From: Bdellovibrionales bacterium
GTDB taxonomy: Bacteria; Bdellovibrionota; Bdellovibrionia; Bdellovibrionales; UBA1609
Direction of reading: 5' to 3'
Length of the DNA stretch: 64,000 nucleotides
Assembly: GCA_965199825.1 (NCBI GenBank)
Contig: OZ241329.1
Location: forward strand, 32,001 to 96,000
Position numbers and translations under genes: made by a program. How positions within the stretch are numbered: the first letter of the stretch is position 1; each line of letters begins with the position of its first letter. Positions 30,167 through 40,239 of the stretch are shown piece by piece. Under the pieces are notes generated by a model, which did not search any database, was not told the origin of the DNA, and was given only the letters and a program-made list of their open reading frames with translations.

Positions 30167-32565
30167 CCACTCTTTTTCCACGCTTTCTGAAGGCGAGCAA
30201 CTTTCATTTCGATCGACTCATTGGAGAGGTGGTTGGCATTTTCCATCTCGATAAACAGTGGAAATGAGAGTGGTGAAGGATGTGAGAGGTTTTTCCACAA
30301 GACCTCAAGCCCACTCATGCGCTTTAATGTTCGCCGCATTCGGTCGGATTGGAGGGCATTTTTTAGGACTTCTTCTTGGGCTTGTTTATAAAGCAAATTG
30401 TCGGGCTCGTATTTTCTAAACACATCATAGAGTAAAGAAGAACTGATCTGCATTTGGCGGCCGGTTTTGTTTTTTCCAGGAAAGCCGGTAAACACAAGTC
30501 CTGCAATCGAGGCAATCTCGCGAAAGTGGCGTTGTTGCAGCTCGCTCAAATGCATGGATTCGGGAATTTCTTTTTCGATTTGTGCGTCCGAAAAAAACTC
30601 ATCGTCAAACAAACCCTCAAAATCGTAATCTTCTGGACCCAAAATCTCAAAGCCATAATCATTGACCGCAAACGAAAAGGTCGAGGGCTTGCGGCTTGCA
30701 AATCGATGGGCCCATAGCTGACTTAAACCTTCGTGCACAAGTTGCCCCTCAAATGGAAACACAAACAGATGCTTTCCTTTTCGCGATGTCCAACACTCAA
30801 TCAAAAGTTGGGTTTCATTGGGGAGTTCAGAATTTTCGCGTTGGGCTTTTAATAATGGTGCGAGCAGGCGTTCGAGATTGGGATGACGTTGATTCAAAGT
30901 TTTTCGTAAAGCCGAACTCAAAATTTCGGAAAGTGGAAAACGATTACCCGCCCATGATGGAATAACTTTGCAAGGCGCAGTCGAGGCCTTTACATAAGCG
31001 GTCATGTCTTTAAGCGAAAAGAGCTCGAGCTTTTTTCCGGCAAATTGAAACACATCACCTTTTTTAAATCTAGAGATAAAAGATTCTTCCACACTGCCCA
31101 ACCGGCGCCGATTGGTAAACGCAATTTGAACACTCTCGCGAGTGACAATCGTGCCAATCGACATGCGATGTTGCATGGCAAGCCTCACACTTGAAAAGCG
31201 ATAGGCTCCGTCTTTTTCGATAAGTTTTCGAAATTGCGGATAAGCCTTTAAAGTTTTTCCGCCCACGGTTAAAAACTGCAGACACCAATCGAGTTCTTCT
31301 TCTGTGATTGTCGAAAAGCTCATGGTTCTTTTTAAATCTTTGGCGAGCTGATCCATTTGAAGACCCGGCCCACAGGCCAAACTCATCATGTGTTGAATCA
31401 ACACATCGATGGGCTTAAACAACGGCGGTCTGACTTCGATCGAATGATTTTCTAAAGAATTTCGAATCGCTTCGAGTTCAAAAATTTCCCATGAGTTTGT
31501 GGGCACGAACAATAATCGCGAAGTCGCCTGAGGACGATGGGCTGAGCGCCCGGCTCGCTGCATAAATCGGGCAACCATCTTTGGACTTCCGATTTGGACC
31601 ACCTGCTCCACTGCTTGAAAGTCGACACCAAGATCAAGTGCCGAGGTGCAAACCACCCATTTGAGGGCCCCGATTTTTACACCCTCTTCGATACGCTCGC
31701 GCTCCTCGCGCGCCACCGATCCATGATGCAAAGCCATTTGCTCGGCCATATCGGGAACACTTTCGAGAAGCGAGGAATACCATCGTTCGGCTTGTGAGCG
31801 AGTGTTGGTAAAGATCAATGTGGATTTGGTGCGGTCTAACTGAGAGAACAATTTATTTTTAAGCGCAAATCCAAGATGCCCCGCCCATGGGAAGGCATCG
31901 ATTTTATCGGGCAAAAGACAATCAATATCTATGATCCGCTTTGAATGATCCGAAATGATGAGTGGCTCATCAGAAACACCAAGCGCAACTTGTGCGGCCT
32001 CATTCAAATTTCCGATCGATGCCGAAAGGGCCCATGTTTGAAGGTGTGGATTTAGACTGCGTAAATAAGAAAGATTGAGCTCCATCAAACTGCCGCGTTT
32101 TGTGGATAAGAGCTCATGCCACTCATCAAGAATCACAGTGTCGATATTGGCCAATACCTTTTGTGAATCCGCCCGCGCAATCATTACCGCAAGCGATTCA
32201 GGTGTGGTGAGTAAAATATCGGGAGGATGCTTTATTTGTCTGAGCCTCACCGAATTGGGTGTGTCACCGGTTCGAACACCCACGGTGAGCGGCCATTTTT
32301 GCTCCTTGATGGGTTCGTCAATGGCAAGGGCCAGATCCCGACTAAGCGCTCTTAAGGGAGTGATGTAAAGAAGCTTTAAACCTTTTCGAGGGGATTTAAG
32401 ATAGCGCATCATTGGGCCAAGGACTGCCGCAAAAGTTTTGCCCGCTCCCGTTGGGACGTGAAGCAAACCCGATTGCCCTTGGGCATAATGCTCCCAAACT
32501 TTTTTTTGAAATGGAAAAGGCTTCCAGCCTCGAGACTCAAAAAACTTTTCGGCTTCAAAACTCAT
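30163..32565 (-). CDS. Ligase-associated DEXH-box helicase (Lhr-core)
   Basis: PTGAGKT, TPLRAL, TTPESL, DEWHE, HHGS, LDLGVD and QRAGRSAH motifs. Confidence 0.94.
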   Translation of the reverse strand: MSFEAEKFFESRGWKPFPFQKKVWEHYAQGQSGLLHVPTGAGKTFAAVLGPMMRYLKSPRKGLKLLYITPLRALSRDLALAIDEPIKEQKWPLTVGVRTGDTPNSVRLRQIKHPPDILLTTPESLAVMIARADSQKVLANIDTVILDEWHELLSTKRGSLMELNLSYLRSLNPHLQTWALSASIGNLNEAAQVALGVSDEPLIISDHSKRIIDIDCLLPDKIDAFPWAGHLGFALKNKLFSQLDRTKSTLIFTNTRSQAERWYSSLLESVPDMAEQMALHHGSVAREERERIEEGVKIGALKWVVCTSALDLGVDFQAVEQVVQIGSPKMVARFMQRAGRSAHRPQATSRLLFVPTNSWEIFELEAIRNSLENHSIEVRPPLFKPIDVLIQHMMSLACGPGLQMDQLAKDLKRTMSFSTITEEELDWCLQFLTVGGKTLKAYPQFRKLIEKDGAYRFSSVRLAMQHRMSIGTIVTRESVQIAFTNRRRLGSVEESFISRFKKGDVFQFAGKKLELFSLKDMTAYVKASTAPCKVIPSWAGNRFPLSEILSSALRKTLNQRHPNLERLLAPLLKAQRENSELPNETQLLIECWTSRKGKHLFVFPFEGQLVHEGLSQLWAHRFASRKPSTFSFAVNDYGFEILGPEDYDFEGLFDDEFFSDAQIEKEIPESMHLSELQQRHFREIASIAGLVFTGFPGKNKTGRQMQISSSLLYDVFRKYEPDNLLYKQAQEEVLKNALQSDRMRRTLKRMSGLEVLWKNLSHPSPLSFPLFIEMENANHLSNESIEMKVARLQKAWKKSG

Positions 32566-34169
32566 TGGCGATTTTCGAGTAAGAGTTTGGCGTTACTCAA
32601 GGTGTCGGCATCGGCAACCGTTTTGTCTTTTCGCCATCGCAATATTCGAGGAAATCTCACCGCAATACCTGATTTGTGACGATTGGATTCAGAAATTCCT
32701 TCGAATCCAATCTCAAAAACATGCTTGGCTTCAAGCGAACGTACAGGCCCAAATTTTTCTTTGGTGTGGCGCCGTATCCAATGATCAAGCTGATCAATCT
32801 CTTTTTGATCAAGGCCTGAATAGGCTTTGGCAAAGGGCACAAGTTCTTCGCCGTTCCACAGTGCGAATGTATAATCGGTATAGAGGTTAGCGCGTCGACC
32901 CGTTCCGGCTTGAGCATAAAGTAAAACCGCATCAAGGGTGAGCGGATCGACTTTATATTTCCACCACGCCCCAGTTTTACGGCCCACAACATAGGGACTA
33001 TGCGCCGACTTGATCATTAAGCCCTCGGCATGTTCGCCTCTTGCCCGAGCACGAAAATTTTTTAAGTCTTCGAGCTGCGGGATCTCTAAAACCTGAGAAA
33101 CAAAAAGGCGATCGGTCTGTTTATGATCAAATAAATTTTTTAATGTTTGTTTACGTTCCTTGAGGGGGAGGGGTCTGATGTCTTTACCCTCATGCTCCAA
33201 GATATCGTAAGCAATAAATCCTGCAGGATAACTTTTTAATGTTGGAGCAGAAACTTTTTTGCGCCCTAAACGTTTTTGCAAATCTTGAAACAGTGCGATC
33301 TTTTTTTCTTTGATCACAATGATTTCGCCATCCAATACCACACCCTCGGCAAAATCCTTAAACGCCTCAACAATGTCAGGAAATGAGCTGGTGATTTCTT
33401 CTTCCCCCCGCGACCAGATCCAAACTTTGTGATCGCGTAAAATCACCTGCGCCCGGATGCCATCGTATTTCCACTCGGCAATATAATCCTGAGGCAACCA
33501 GGTTTTTTCAACTTTTTCAGACCACGAATGAGCTAAACAAAAAGGATAGGGCTGGCTGGGTAAGAGCTCTTCGGTTTCTTTTGAGACCAAGGCTCTAAAG
33601 CTTTCTTCACCGGGAGTTTTTGCACCGGTTAAGCGGTGGGCCAACTGATCGGTGGGCACATCATACACTTCACTCAGGGCCCGAATAATCAATTTCTCGC
33701 TCACACCCACCCGAAAGGATCCGGTCATTAATTTACTGAGTAAAAAAATCTCAAGCGCATCAAGATTGTTCCAAAGCGACAAGAGATACTGAGCGCGTTC
33801 AACATCGTTTTCGATTTTTGAGAGCTTTGGAATCTCAACTTCGAGCCATTCGGTCAAACTCCGTTGCACTTGGGCTTTACCGGTTAGCCCCTCGGTTTGA
33901 AGGAGGAGACTGATAGTCTCTGCGGTATCGCCCACATGATGTCGACTTTCTTCGTACAACCATTCCGGATAACCGGTTGAAAGGATAAACATCTGACGCA
34001 AATTTCTTGAGGTGATATTTCTTTTCACCGTTCGGCCAGTTAAAATAAGAACCGCCCACATCGCATCCGAAGCCGAGCTTGCCGAAAAATATTTTCTTAA
34101 AGCCGCGATCTTTTCTAATGTCGATGTTGTGGAGTCGAGTTCGTCATAAAGTTTGGCAAACTCGTTCAT
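32562..34169 (-). CDS. ATP-dependent DNA ligase
   Basis: EWKYDGIR adenylation motif, LDGEI, EGLMIK, WWKYK and VRFPRI. Confidence 0.96.
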   Translation of the reverse strand: MNEFAKLYDELDSTTSTLEKIAALRKYFSASSASDAMWAVLILTGRTVKRNITSRNLRQMFILSTGYPEWLYEESRHHVGDTAETISLLLQTEGLTGKAQVQRSLTEWLEVEIPKLSKIENDVERAQYLLSLWNNLDALEIFLLSKLMTGSFRVGVSEKLIIRALSEVYDVPTDQLAHRLTGAKTPGEESFRALVSKETEELLPSQPYPFCLAHSWSEKVEKTWLPQDYIAEWKYDGIRAQVILRDHKVWIWSRGEEEITSSFPDIVEAFKDFAEGVVLDGEIIVIKEKKIALFQDLQKRLGRKKVSAPTLKSYPAGFIAYDILEHEGKDIRPLPLKERKQTLKNLFDHKQTDRLFVSQVLEIPQLEDLKNFRARARGEHAEGLMIKSAHSPYVVGRKTGAWWKYKVDPLTLDAVLLYAQAGTGRRANLYTDYTFALWNGEELVPFAKAYSGLDQKEIDQLDHWIRRHTKEKFGPVRSLEAKHVFEIGFEGISESNRHKSGIAVRFPRILRWRKDKTVADADTLSNAKLLLENRQ

Positions 34170-35152
34170 GCCTGCTCCTCAGGATCGGCAAACTCTGTTT
34201 TAAATAAACACACCTGATAATTTTTTTGGGTCAAATATTTTTCTAAAATATCGGTATTGCCATGAGTTAAGAACACACGGCGAGCCCCGGTTTCCTCGAT
34301 CGTTTTGATTAGATCATTCCAGTCGGCATGATCAGAAAGAACAAAACCTTTTTCGTAACCCCTGCGTCGGCGTGCACCCCGCAGTTGCATCCAACCTGAT
34401 GCAAAACCGGTTTGAGGGGCCTTGAAACGTTTCATCCAGGTAGAGCGATGGGCCGAGGGTGGAGCCAGAATCAGGTCTCCTGCAAAATTATAATCCTTGG
34501 GCATATCGGTCACAAGTTTGGTGGGTAAGATCGGAATGTTTTGGTCTCGGTAAATCTCGTTGAGTGATTCAACCGCACCATGAACAAACACGGTTCGATT
34601 GGTGAACTTTAAGAGCTCGGCCAAAATTCTCTGGGCTTTTCCTAAAGCGTAGCAAAACAAAAGAGACGGCCTTTCAAGATCAGAATGCCACCACTCGAAA
34701 ATCTTTTTGGCGGTGAGTTCACCACTTTCCCAATTGTAAATCGGGACGGCAAAAGTGGCTTCAGAAATAAAAGTGTCACAAGGAACAACCTCAAAGGGAT
34801 CGCACGAAGGATCCGCACCTCTTTTGTAATCTCCTGATGCAACCCAGACCTCACCTTTGTGCTCGACCCGAACTTGGGCCGATCCCAAAATATGCCCCGC
34901 CGAATGAAAGCTCACCCAGGTGTCACCCATCCGAAATTTTTCGCCAAAGGGGTAGCCCTTGGCAGTGACACGCAGTCGCCGATCCATCAATGGAATCGAA
35001 GCATTGCAACAGGTGTAATGATCGTTTCCAGGACGAGCGTGGTCAGCATGAACGTGTGTGATCACCGCATTTTTTACGGGCCGCCACGGATCAATAAAGA
35101 AGTCTCCCGGAGCGCAGTAGAGCCCTTGTTTTTCGATTCGAATAAGATCCAT
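34166..35152 (-). CDS. Ligase-associated DNA damage response exonuclease (MBL/beta-CASP)
   Basis: ITHVHADHA, AGHILGS, SGDYK, YALGKAQR, LSDHAD and THG motifs. Confidence 0.93.
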   Translation of the reverse strand: MDLIRIEKQGLYCAPGDFFIDPWRPVKNAVITHVHADHARPGNDHYTCCNASIPLMDRRLRVTAKGYPFGEKFRMGDTWVSFHSAGHILGSAQVRVEHKGEVWVASGDYKRGADPSCDPFEVVPCDTFISEATFAVPIYNWESGELTAKKIFEWWHSDLERPSLLFCYALGKAQRILAELLKFTNRTVFVHGAVESLNEIYRDQNIPILPTKLVTDMPKDYNFAGDLILAPPSAHRSTWMKRFKAPQTGFASGWMQLRGARRRRGYEKGFVLSDHADWNDLIKTIEETGARRVFLTHGNTDILEKYLTQKNYQVCLFKTEFADPEEQA

Positions 35153-35248
35153 CCGAGATCTATAGCAAACCAAATACCATCTCAAAACCTAGACAGAATC
35201 AAAGAATGTGATAGCCTCAATCACACTCTTAAAGGGGGGCTTTCAAGT

Positions 35249-36412
35249 TTGTATAAGATCTTAATTTGTTCATTGTTGATGGGTTGTGGCACATTTAAAA
35301 AACCAGAAGCCGAGCGCCAAGATCTTAAATCTCAATTGACCGCTTTTTTTTCGGAACCCACAAGTCTTGGGCTTACCAAGATCTCGCAGCGAATCCAGAC
35401 CCAATCTTTGATCGATGACAATTATGCCCTTGCGGTGGGATTTGAACATGCCCTTGACCCAAAGATGATGGAGCAAGCGGCGGCTGCCTTTCAAAAAAAT
35501 CCGGAGCTCACATATCAAATGCTTTTTTTGTTGGCCTTTGATCTTTCAAACCACGTTGGTTTTTTGCCCATGCGCGAAGCTTATTTTGAGTATCGAAAAA
35601 AACATGAGGCCCTTGCGCCGTATGACAACTTGATTCAGATGTTGTCGGGCGATTCTCTCATTAGCCAAACCGAAACGGTCATACAGAGCTTGAAATCTCA
35701 GTGGAATCAATTGTCGATGGGTCAAAAAGTTCGAATTATAAAGGGACTTGCTGATAGTCACATTGATGATCAAAAATTTGTGGCGCGCAGCTTCAGTAAC
35801 CATGACGAATTTTTAAGGACCAAGAGAAAGCGCATTAGCACCGTGGCTAAAAAAGAATCCGAAGAGATCTACTCGTTGTTTGCAACCACTCAGCTTTTTA
35901 AAATGCAAACTCCTGTGATCAACGAGCTCGAGCGCTTTGCCGACAATCCCACCGAAAAGTCACTACGAAATTTGCGCCACGTGTGTGCACAGGTAAATCG
36001 AACCGACGACACCCCGACTCTTGATCAATTAAATCCGCGCCACTTTCGCGATATCGAATCCCACTTGGCGAGTGGTGATATCACCACCGCTCGAGGACTG
36101 ATTATGATGATGGAAAAAAAATGTCTCAAAGACCCCGCGGTCAAGGGCCCGGTGGCTTGGTTGGGTTCGACTTTGAGTTGTCAATATCCTGAAATTTTGC
36201 TCGAAGGATTAACTCTAGAACATCCCAAAGCATCGACCACTTTTCAGATTATCAATTACGACAATGGCCAAAAATGTGGAGTAAATAAGAACTTTATTTT
36301 TCACAAAATTCAGTTGTTGTCTGAAGTCGAAACCCAAAATCCTTCAGAAGAAGATACGCTTGAGGAGATTCTTCACCATTTTAAAATATCTCGCCGCAAG
36401 CCGCAGTTTTAA
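35249..36412 (+). CDS. Hypothetical lipoprotein
   Basis: AAGGGGGG RBS, TTG start and lipobox LLMGC. The longer ORF from 34859 overlaps the exonuclease gene and is unlikely. Confidence 0.65.
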   Translation: MYKILICSLLMGCGTFKKPEAERQDLKSQLTAFFSEPTSLGLTKISQRIQTQSLIDDNYALAVGFEHALDPKMMEQAAAAFQKNPELTYQMLFLLAFDLSNHVGFLPMREAYFEYRKKHEALAPYDNLIQMLSGDSLISQTETVIQSLKSQWNQLSMGQKVRIIKGLADSHIDDQKFVARSFSNHDEFLRTKRKRISTVAKKESEEIYSLFATTQLFKMQTPVINELERFADNPTEKSLRNLRHVCAQVNRTDDTPTLDQLNPRHFRDIESHLASGDITTARGLIMMMEKKCLKDPAVKGPVAWLGSTLSCQYPEILLEGLTLEHPKASTTFQIINYDNGQKCGVNKNFIFHKIQLLSEVETQNPSEEDTLEEILHHFKISRRKPQF

Positions 36413-37170
36413 AGCAATGGCCTGTGCACTTTTAAAACCTCATCGTGCGCAAGCTTTGCCTTTGCTGCCAAGTCATCTTCGGATTGAATGATGAACGAAG
36501 GTAAGAATTCAACACTGACGGTGGCCTCTCTAAAACGGGCGACGTTGAACAAATGCGGAACAAAACTCATCGAGCCATACCAGCAAATGCGATCGCGCAG
36601 CTCGAGATCAATTTTTTTGCCATCAATCGTTAAATAGTTAATACAAAATGGCATAACCGGCTTCCCAGATTGCTGAGCTGCCAAAAAAAGCGAGCGCCGA
36701 AATCGAAGTACGGTTTCGCCATTGGTGCTGGTGGCTTCGGGAAAAACCATCACATGATTGCGATGTTCAAGCACTGTTGCAATCTCGCTGACTTCGCCAA
36801 GAATTTTGAGTTGTTTTTTTCGATTTACAAAAACGCAACCGGCTAGCCGACAGATATGACCCAAAAAAAAGGAATCTCTCACCTCGGTTGAGGTCACAAA
36901 GCATGCGGGCACGCAATTAGATAATACAAGCACATCAAGATATGAGACATGATTGCCGGCAAGGAGAGTGCCTGAAATTTTTGGTAACTCTCCTTTTACG
37001 CTCACTTTAAATTTTAAGACCTTGATCGCAAAACGACAATAGAGCGCGATCACCTCAACCAATCGTCGTCGCCGCTCCCACGTGTCGCGTTTAAAAATCC
37101 ACACCGCACTTGCATGAACAAAGTAGGCACCAATCACCGCGACGATTTGCAAGAGTTTAAAAGCAATCAT
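36409..37170 (-). CDS. Lysophospholipid acyltransferase (PlsC/OlsA-like)
   Basis: NHVSYLD (HX4D) and FPEATS motifs. Confidence 0.88.
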   Translation of the reverse strand: MIAFKLLQIVAVIGAYFVHASAVWIFKRDTWERRRRLVEVIALYCRFAIKVLKFKVSVKGELPKISGTLLAGNHVSYLDVLVLSNCVPACFVTSTEVRDSFFLGHICRLAGCVFVNRKKQLKILGEVSEIATVLEHRNHVMVFPEATSTNGETVLRFRRSLFLAAQQSGKPVMPFCINYLTIDGKKIDLELRDRICWYGSMSFVPHLFNVARFREATVSVEFLPSFIIQSEDDLAAKAKLAHDEVLKVHRPLL

Positions 37171-37940
37171 ATGGAATTAAAAAATCGTTCGCGAAAACGC
37201 CGATTGAGTTTTTTTAAATCAAGAATGGTCAGCAAATCGACACAAGAAAAGACCTTATCGTGAGCGGGCTCACCATAAACTGCTGCACCTGCCTGCAAAT
37301 AACTTCGAAGAAGCGGAGGCAAAAGCTCACGCAATTTTTTACCGTCAGCACTTTCAGATTTGTTATTAAATTTGAAAGTTTCGAATTTATATTTGGAGGT
37401 CGAGCAAATATCAAATTCATGTAGCCACTGATGTTTTTTAGAAAGCTCAAAATAAAGCGCCTCAAAAACAACATGATCAACTGTCTTCACACTCGAGCAT
37501 CCGAATAAATAATCCGCCTTTGAGGCCGAAATGTAGCGAGCAAGTCCCTTCCATAAAAGATCGATGGTGATCCCGTTACGAAATTCATGATGAATGCAAG
37601 CCCTGCCCAGTTCGAGTTTAATCCCCTCTGATTTTAAAAATTGATCCATCTGAAATTCATCTTGAGAGTAAAAACTTTCGACAAAATTCGAACAAAGCAA
37701 ACGATACGTCCCAACAAGCATCTGGTCTACTTTTCTTATTATGAGAAGATGATCGCCCGAATAGTCAAAAGGCTCGAGATCCAAGCCACTTTCTTTTTCA
37801 CGCCCCTGCCATTCGCGGATAAAAATCTCGTGACGCAGTTTTAAGACATTAATAAATTCGGATTGGGTTTCGGCAGTTTTGACTAAAAAACCGTCACCTT
37901 CAAATTGTACGTGGAGCTTGGGCTTAAAGGGGTGAATCAC
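37167..37940 (-). CDS. GNAT N-acyltransferase (OlsB-like)
   Basis: LRHEIF, VGTYRL, ELGRACIHHEFR, LLWKG, LFGCSS and LPPLLRSYL. Confidence 0.85.
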   Translation of the reverse strand: MIHPFKPKLHVQFEGDGFLVKTAETQSEFINVLKLRHEIFIREWQGREKESGLDLEPFDYSGDHLLIIRKVDQMLVGTYRLLCSNFVESFYSQDEFQMDQFLKSEGIKLELGRACIHHEFRNGITIDLLWKGLARYISASKADYLFGCSSVKTVDHVVFEALYFELSKKHQWLHEFDICSTSKYKFETFKFNNKSESADGKKLRELLPPLLRSYLQAGAAVYGEPAHDKVFSCVDLLTILDLKKLNRRFRERFFNSI

Positions 37941-38039
37941 GAAAAGACTGTGTCAGTTTTTCGTTCACTTGAAAAGACTTTCGCTGCAGGCGGACAAAAA
38001 TCGATTTATGCCAACCCTCGAATCAACCGAAATTATTCT

Positions 38040-38639
38040 ATGGGAATGTTAGATCGATATAAAAAATCAGGTGGATTTCTTCAGCTTGTTCAATTGGTCG
38101 AAACCACATTGGGCACAAAGCGCGAGCAAATTCTCAAAATCATACATGATGAAAATCCTCGATGGGCCGAGCAAGTAAAAACAAAAATGCTGACGGTCGA
38201 AAAAATTCTCGGGTGGGACGATCAGATCGTTGCCGACATCATGAAACTCATGAATGATCTGACTCTCTCAGTTGCTCTCATGGGACTTGGCAAAAAGTAT
38301 GAAGATAAAGTTTTTGAGTTCTTTGATAATGGGCGTAAGCGACGCATTCGCGATCTGATTGAAATCAAGAATCCAACTTCTGGTGAAATTGCCGCAGCCT
38401 ACATAAAAATTGTTGAAGAAGTTCGGGCAATGCTGATGAATGGATCCCTTCGTTTTGATAAACTGGATTTAAGCCTTCAGATAGAACAAAATATCGAAGA
38501 CAAATTGGCTTCGAACGTCAGCGAAGATTTTGAGCGCACCAGCAAACAGATCACAGTTTTGACCTTTGAGAACAAAAAACTGCAAAACGAGATTAAAGTT
38601 TTAAAAGACAAGCTGGAGCAAATCAAAAAAATCGTTTAG
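38040..38639 (+). CDS. FliG C-terminal domain-containing protein (orphan)
   Basis: AEQVKTKMLTVEKI...DD...LSVALMG pattern resembling FliG-C, plus a coiled-coil tail. Confidence 0.65.
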   Translation: MGMLDRYKKSGGFLQLVQLVETTLGTKREQILKIIHDENPRWAEQVKTKMLTVEKILGWDDQIVADIMKLMNDLTLSVALMGLGKKYEDKVFEFFDNGRKRRIRDLIEIKNPTSGEIAAAYIKIVEEVRAMLMNGSLRFDKLDLSLQIEQNIEDKLASNVSEDFERTSKQITVLTFENKKLQNEIKVLKDKLEQIKKIV

Positions 38640-38648
38640 AACTAAACA

Positions 38649-39554
38649 ATGAGAAAAATATGTTTAGTTTTAGCTGTCTTTTTTTCTGCCTGTACCACGA
38701 CTCAAAAAACACCCGAACTCATTCGTAAACCTCTGACATTTAGCTTAGGCGAAGTGCTTTGGACGGTTCACAATCAAACCAAGGCGAATACTTTTTTTGC
38801 CGACAATTTGCGGTTTCGTGTTCAGTCCTCACTTATTGAATCCCCGACAGTTGAGGCAAAGACCATCAAATTTCTCAATGAAACACAAATTCAGATCTTA
38901 AGCAGCCATGCGCACAGCGACTTGATCTCGACTTTGGTGTCCGAAGCGCTAAGTGAGCGCGAGGGCGTGGCATTCGTCGGCATCAAAGTAAACGACCTGG
39001 CGACACTCAAAGATATTTTAAAGCAGCGCCAAATTCCTTTTTCAGAAGTTCAATGGGGAAACACTCAGGCTTTGTTCTTTCCAGAATTTTTGCGGCTCAA
39101 AACATTTTATTTTTTTCAAGCTCCAGAACCAAAAATCATGACGATGGAAACACACCCCAACTCGGCCGAAGGATTAGAAGAGGCGTGGATTGCGGTGGAT
39201 GATTTTTATGCTCTCGAGAATGATTTTGCAGCTTTTGGTTTTCCCGAGTCGCAGCCCACTCTGCTCCAGCCCTTTCGAGCCACCGCAAAGAGCATCGTAT
39301 TTCAGTCAGGATCGCTGCACTTTGTGCAGCGTGAACATCTTGAGGAAAACGACAAACAGTTTTTGCGCGGTGACACCAACACAGTTCTTGGAGTGTCCAT
39401 CAAAGTCTCAAGCATCGAGACCACTTCTAAACTATTGACCGGAAAGCACAGAGTGGATCATGCCACCACTCGGTATAATCAAAAATCCTGTATCTTGATT
39501 CCGGCAAAAAACAGTTTGGGAAGTTGGCTTGAGCTCGCAAGACCGATGAACTAA
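38649..39554 (+). CDS. Lipoprotein, VOC/glyoxalase-like
   Basis: Lipobox FSAC; HPNSAEGLEEAWIAV and GSWLEL resemble the VOC/Glyoxalase_3 family. Confidence 0.55.
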   Translation: MRKICLVLAVFFSACTTTQKTPELIRKPLTFSLGEVLWTVHNQTKANTFFADNLRFRVQSSLIESPTVEAKTIKFLNETQIQILSSHAHSDLISTLVSEALSEREGVAFVGIKVNDLATLKDILKQRQIPFSEVQWGNTQALFFPEFLRLKTFYFFQAPEPKIMTMETHPNSAEGLEEAWIAVDDFYALENDFAAFGFPESQPTLLQPFRATAKSIVFQSGSLHFVQREHLEENDKQFLRGDTNTVLGVSIKVSSIETTSKLLTGKHRVDHATTRYNQKSCILIPAKNSLGSWLELARPMN

Positions 39555-39576
39555 ACCATCGTACACAGAAGAAAGT

Positions 39577-39653
39577 TGGTAGCGAGGGAGAGACTTGAAC
39601 TCCCGACACGCGGATTATGATTCCGCTGCTCTAACCAGCTGAGCTACCCCGCC
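39577..39653 (-). tRNA. tRNA-Met (CAT), elongator type
   Basis: GGCGGGGTAGCTCAGCTGGTTAGAGCAGCGGAATCATAATCCGCGTGTCGGGAGTTCAAGTCTCTCCCTCGCTACCA folds as a cloverleaf with CCA. Confidence 0.95.
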
Positions 39654-39750
39654 ACTTTTAAGGAATTAATGAGATAGCTGGACTCAGAAATCGTGTCAAC
39701 ACAGCTTATTTTTAATTGCGACAGTCCATACAGACCTCCATAATTGAGAG

Positions 39751-40239
39751 GTGCAAAAAATCCTTTTTCTTTTTATTTTTGCTTTGGCGGGTTGCGCCCT
39801 GTTTCGCGAAAACGCTGGACCTCCACCCTCCTTTGGACCTCGAGAGCAAGTTTACAATGGAGCTTATGATTCGATTTGGCGAGCCACACAAATTGTGATG
39901 CAGTCTTACCCGTTAAGGGTCAACAACATGGATGGCGGAATGATCGAGACCGAATCCATCCGTGGTTTTAAAGGTTTCACCCCACCTTATGAACCCAACA
40001 CGACATCAGCAGGACTGAGCTATGCTTTGACCGTGCGTTTGGTAAAGGGGTTTGTAAACGACAAAGATACGGTCAAGGTGAGTATTCTAAAATCAATTGA
40101 GCTCACTCCCGATTTTTTTTCCGAACCTAAGAGATTTCCGTCAGACGGGATGGAAGAAAAAATGCTTCTTTACCGAATCCATCGCGAGATGCAAATCGAA
40201 AAAGCCATGGAAAAAGCCCAAAAGAAAAGTTTAAAGTGA
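39751..40239 (+). CDS. Hypothetical lipoprotein
   Basis: GTG start, lipobox LAGC, 162 aa. Confidence 0.75.
   Translation: MQKILFLFIFALAGCALFRENAGPPPSFGPREQVYNGAYDSIWRATQIVMQSYPLRVNNMDGGMIETESIRGFKGFTPPYEPNTTSAGLSYALTVRLVKGFVNDKDTVKVSILKSIELTPDFFSEPKRFPSDGMEEKMLLYRIHREMQIEKAMEKAQKKSLK

Noticed and set aside
34859..35248. Long N-terminal extension of the 517-aa ORF
   Set aside because: Overlaps the exonuclease gene on the opposite strand; the RBS and lipobox point to a start at 35249.
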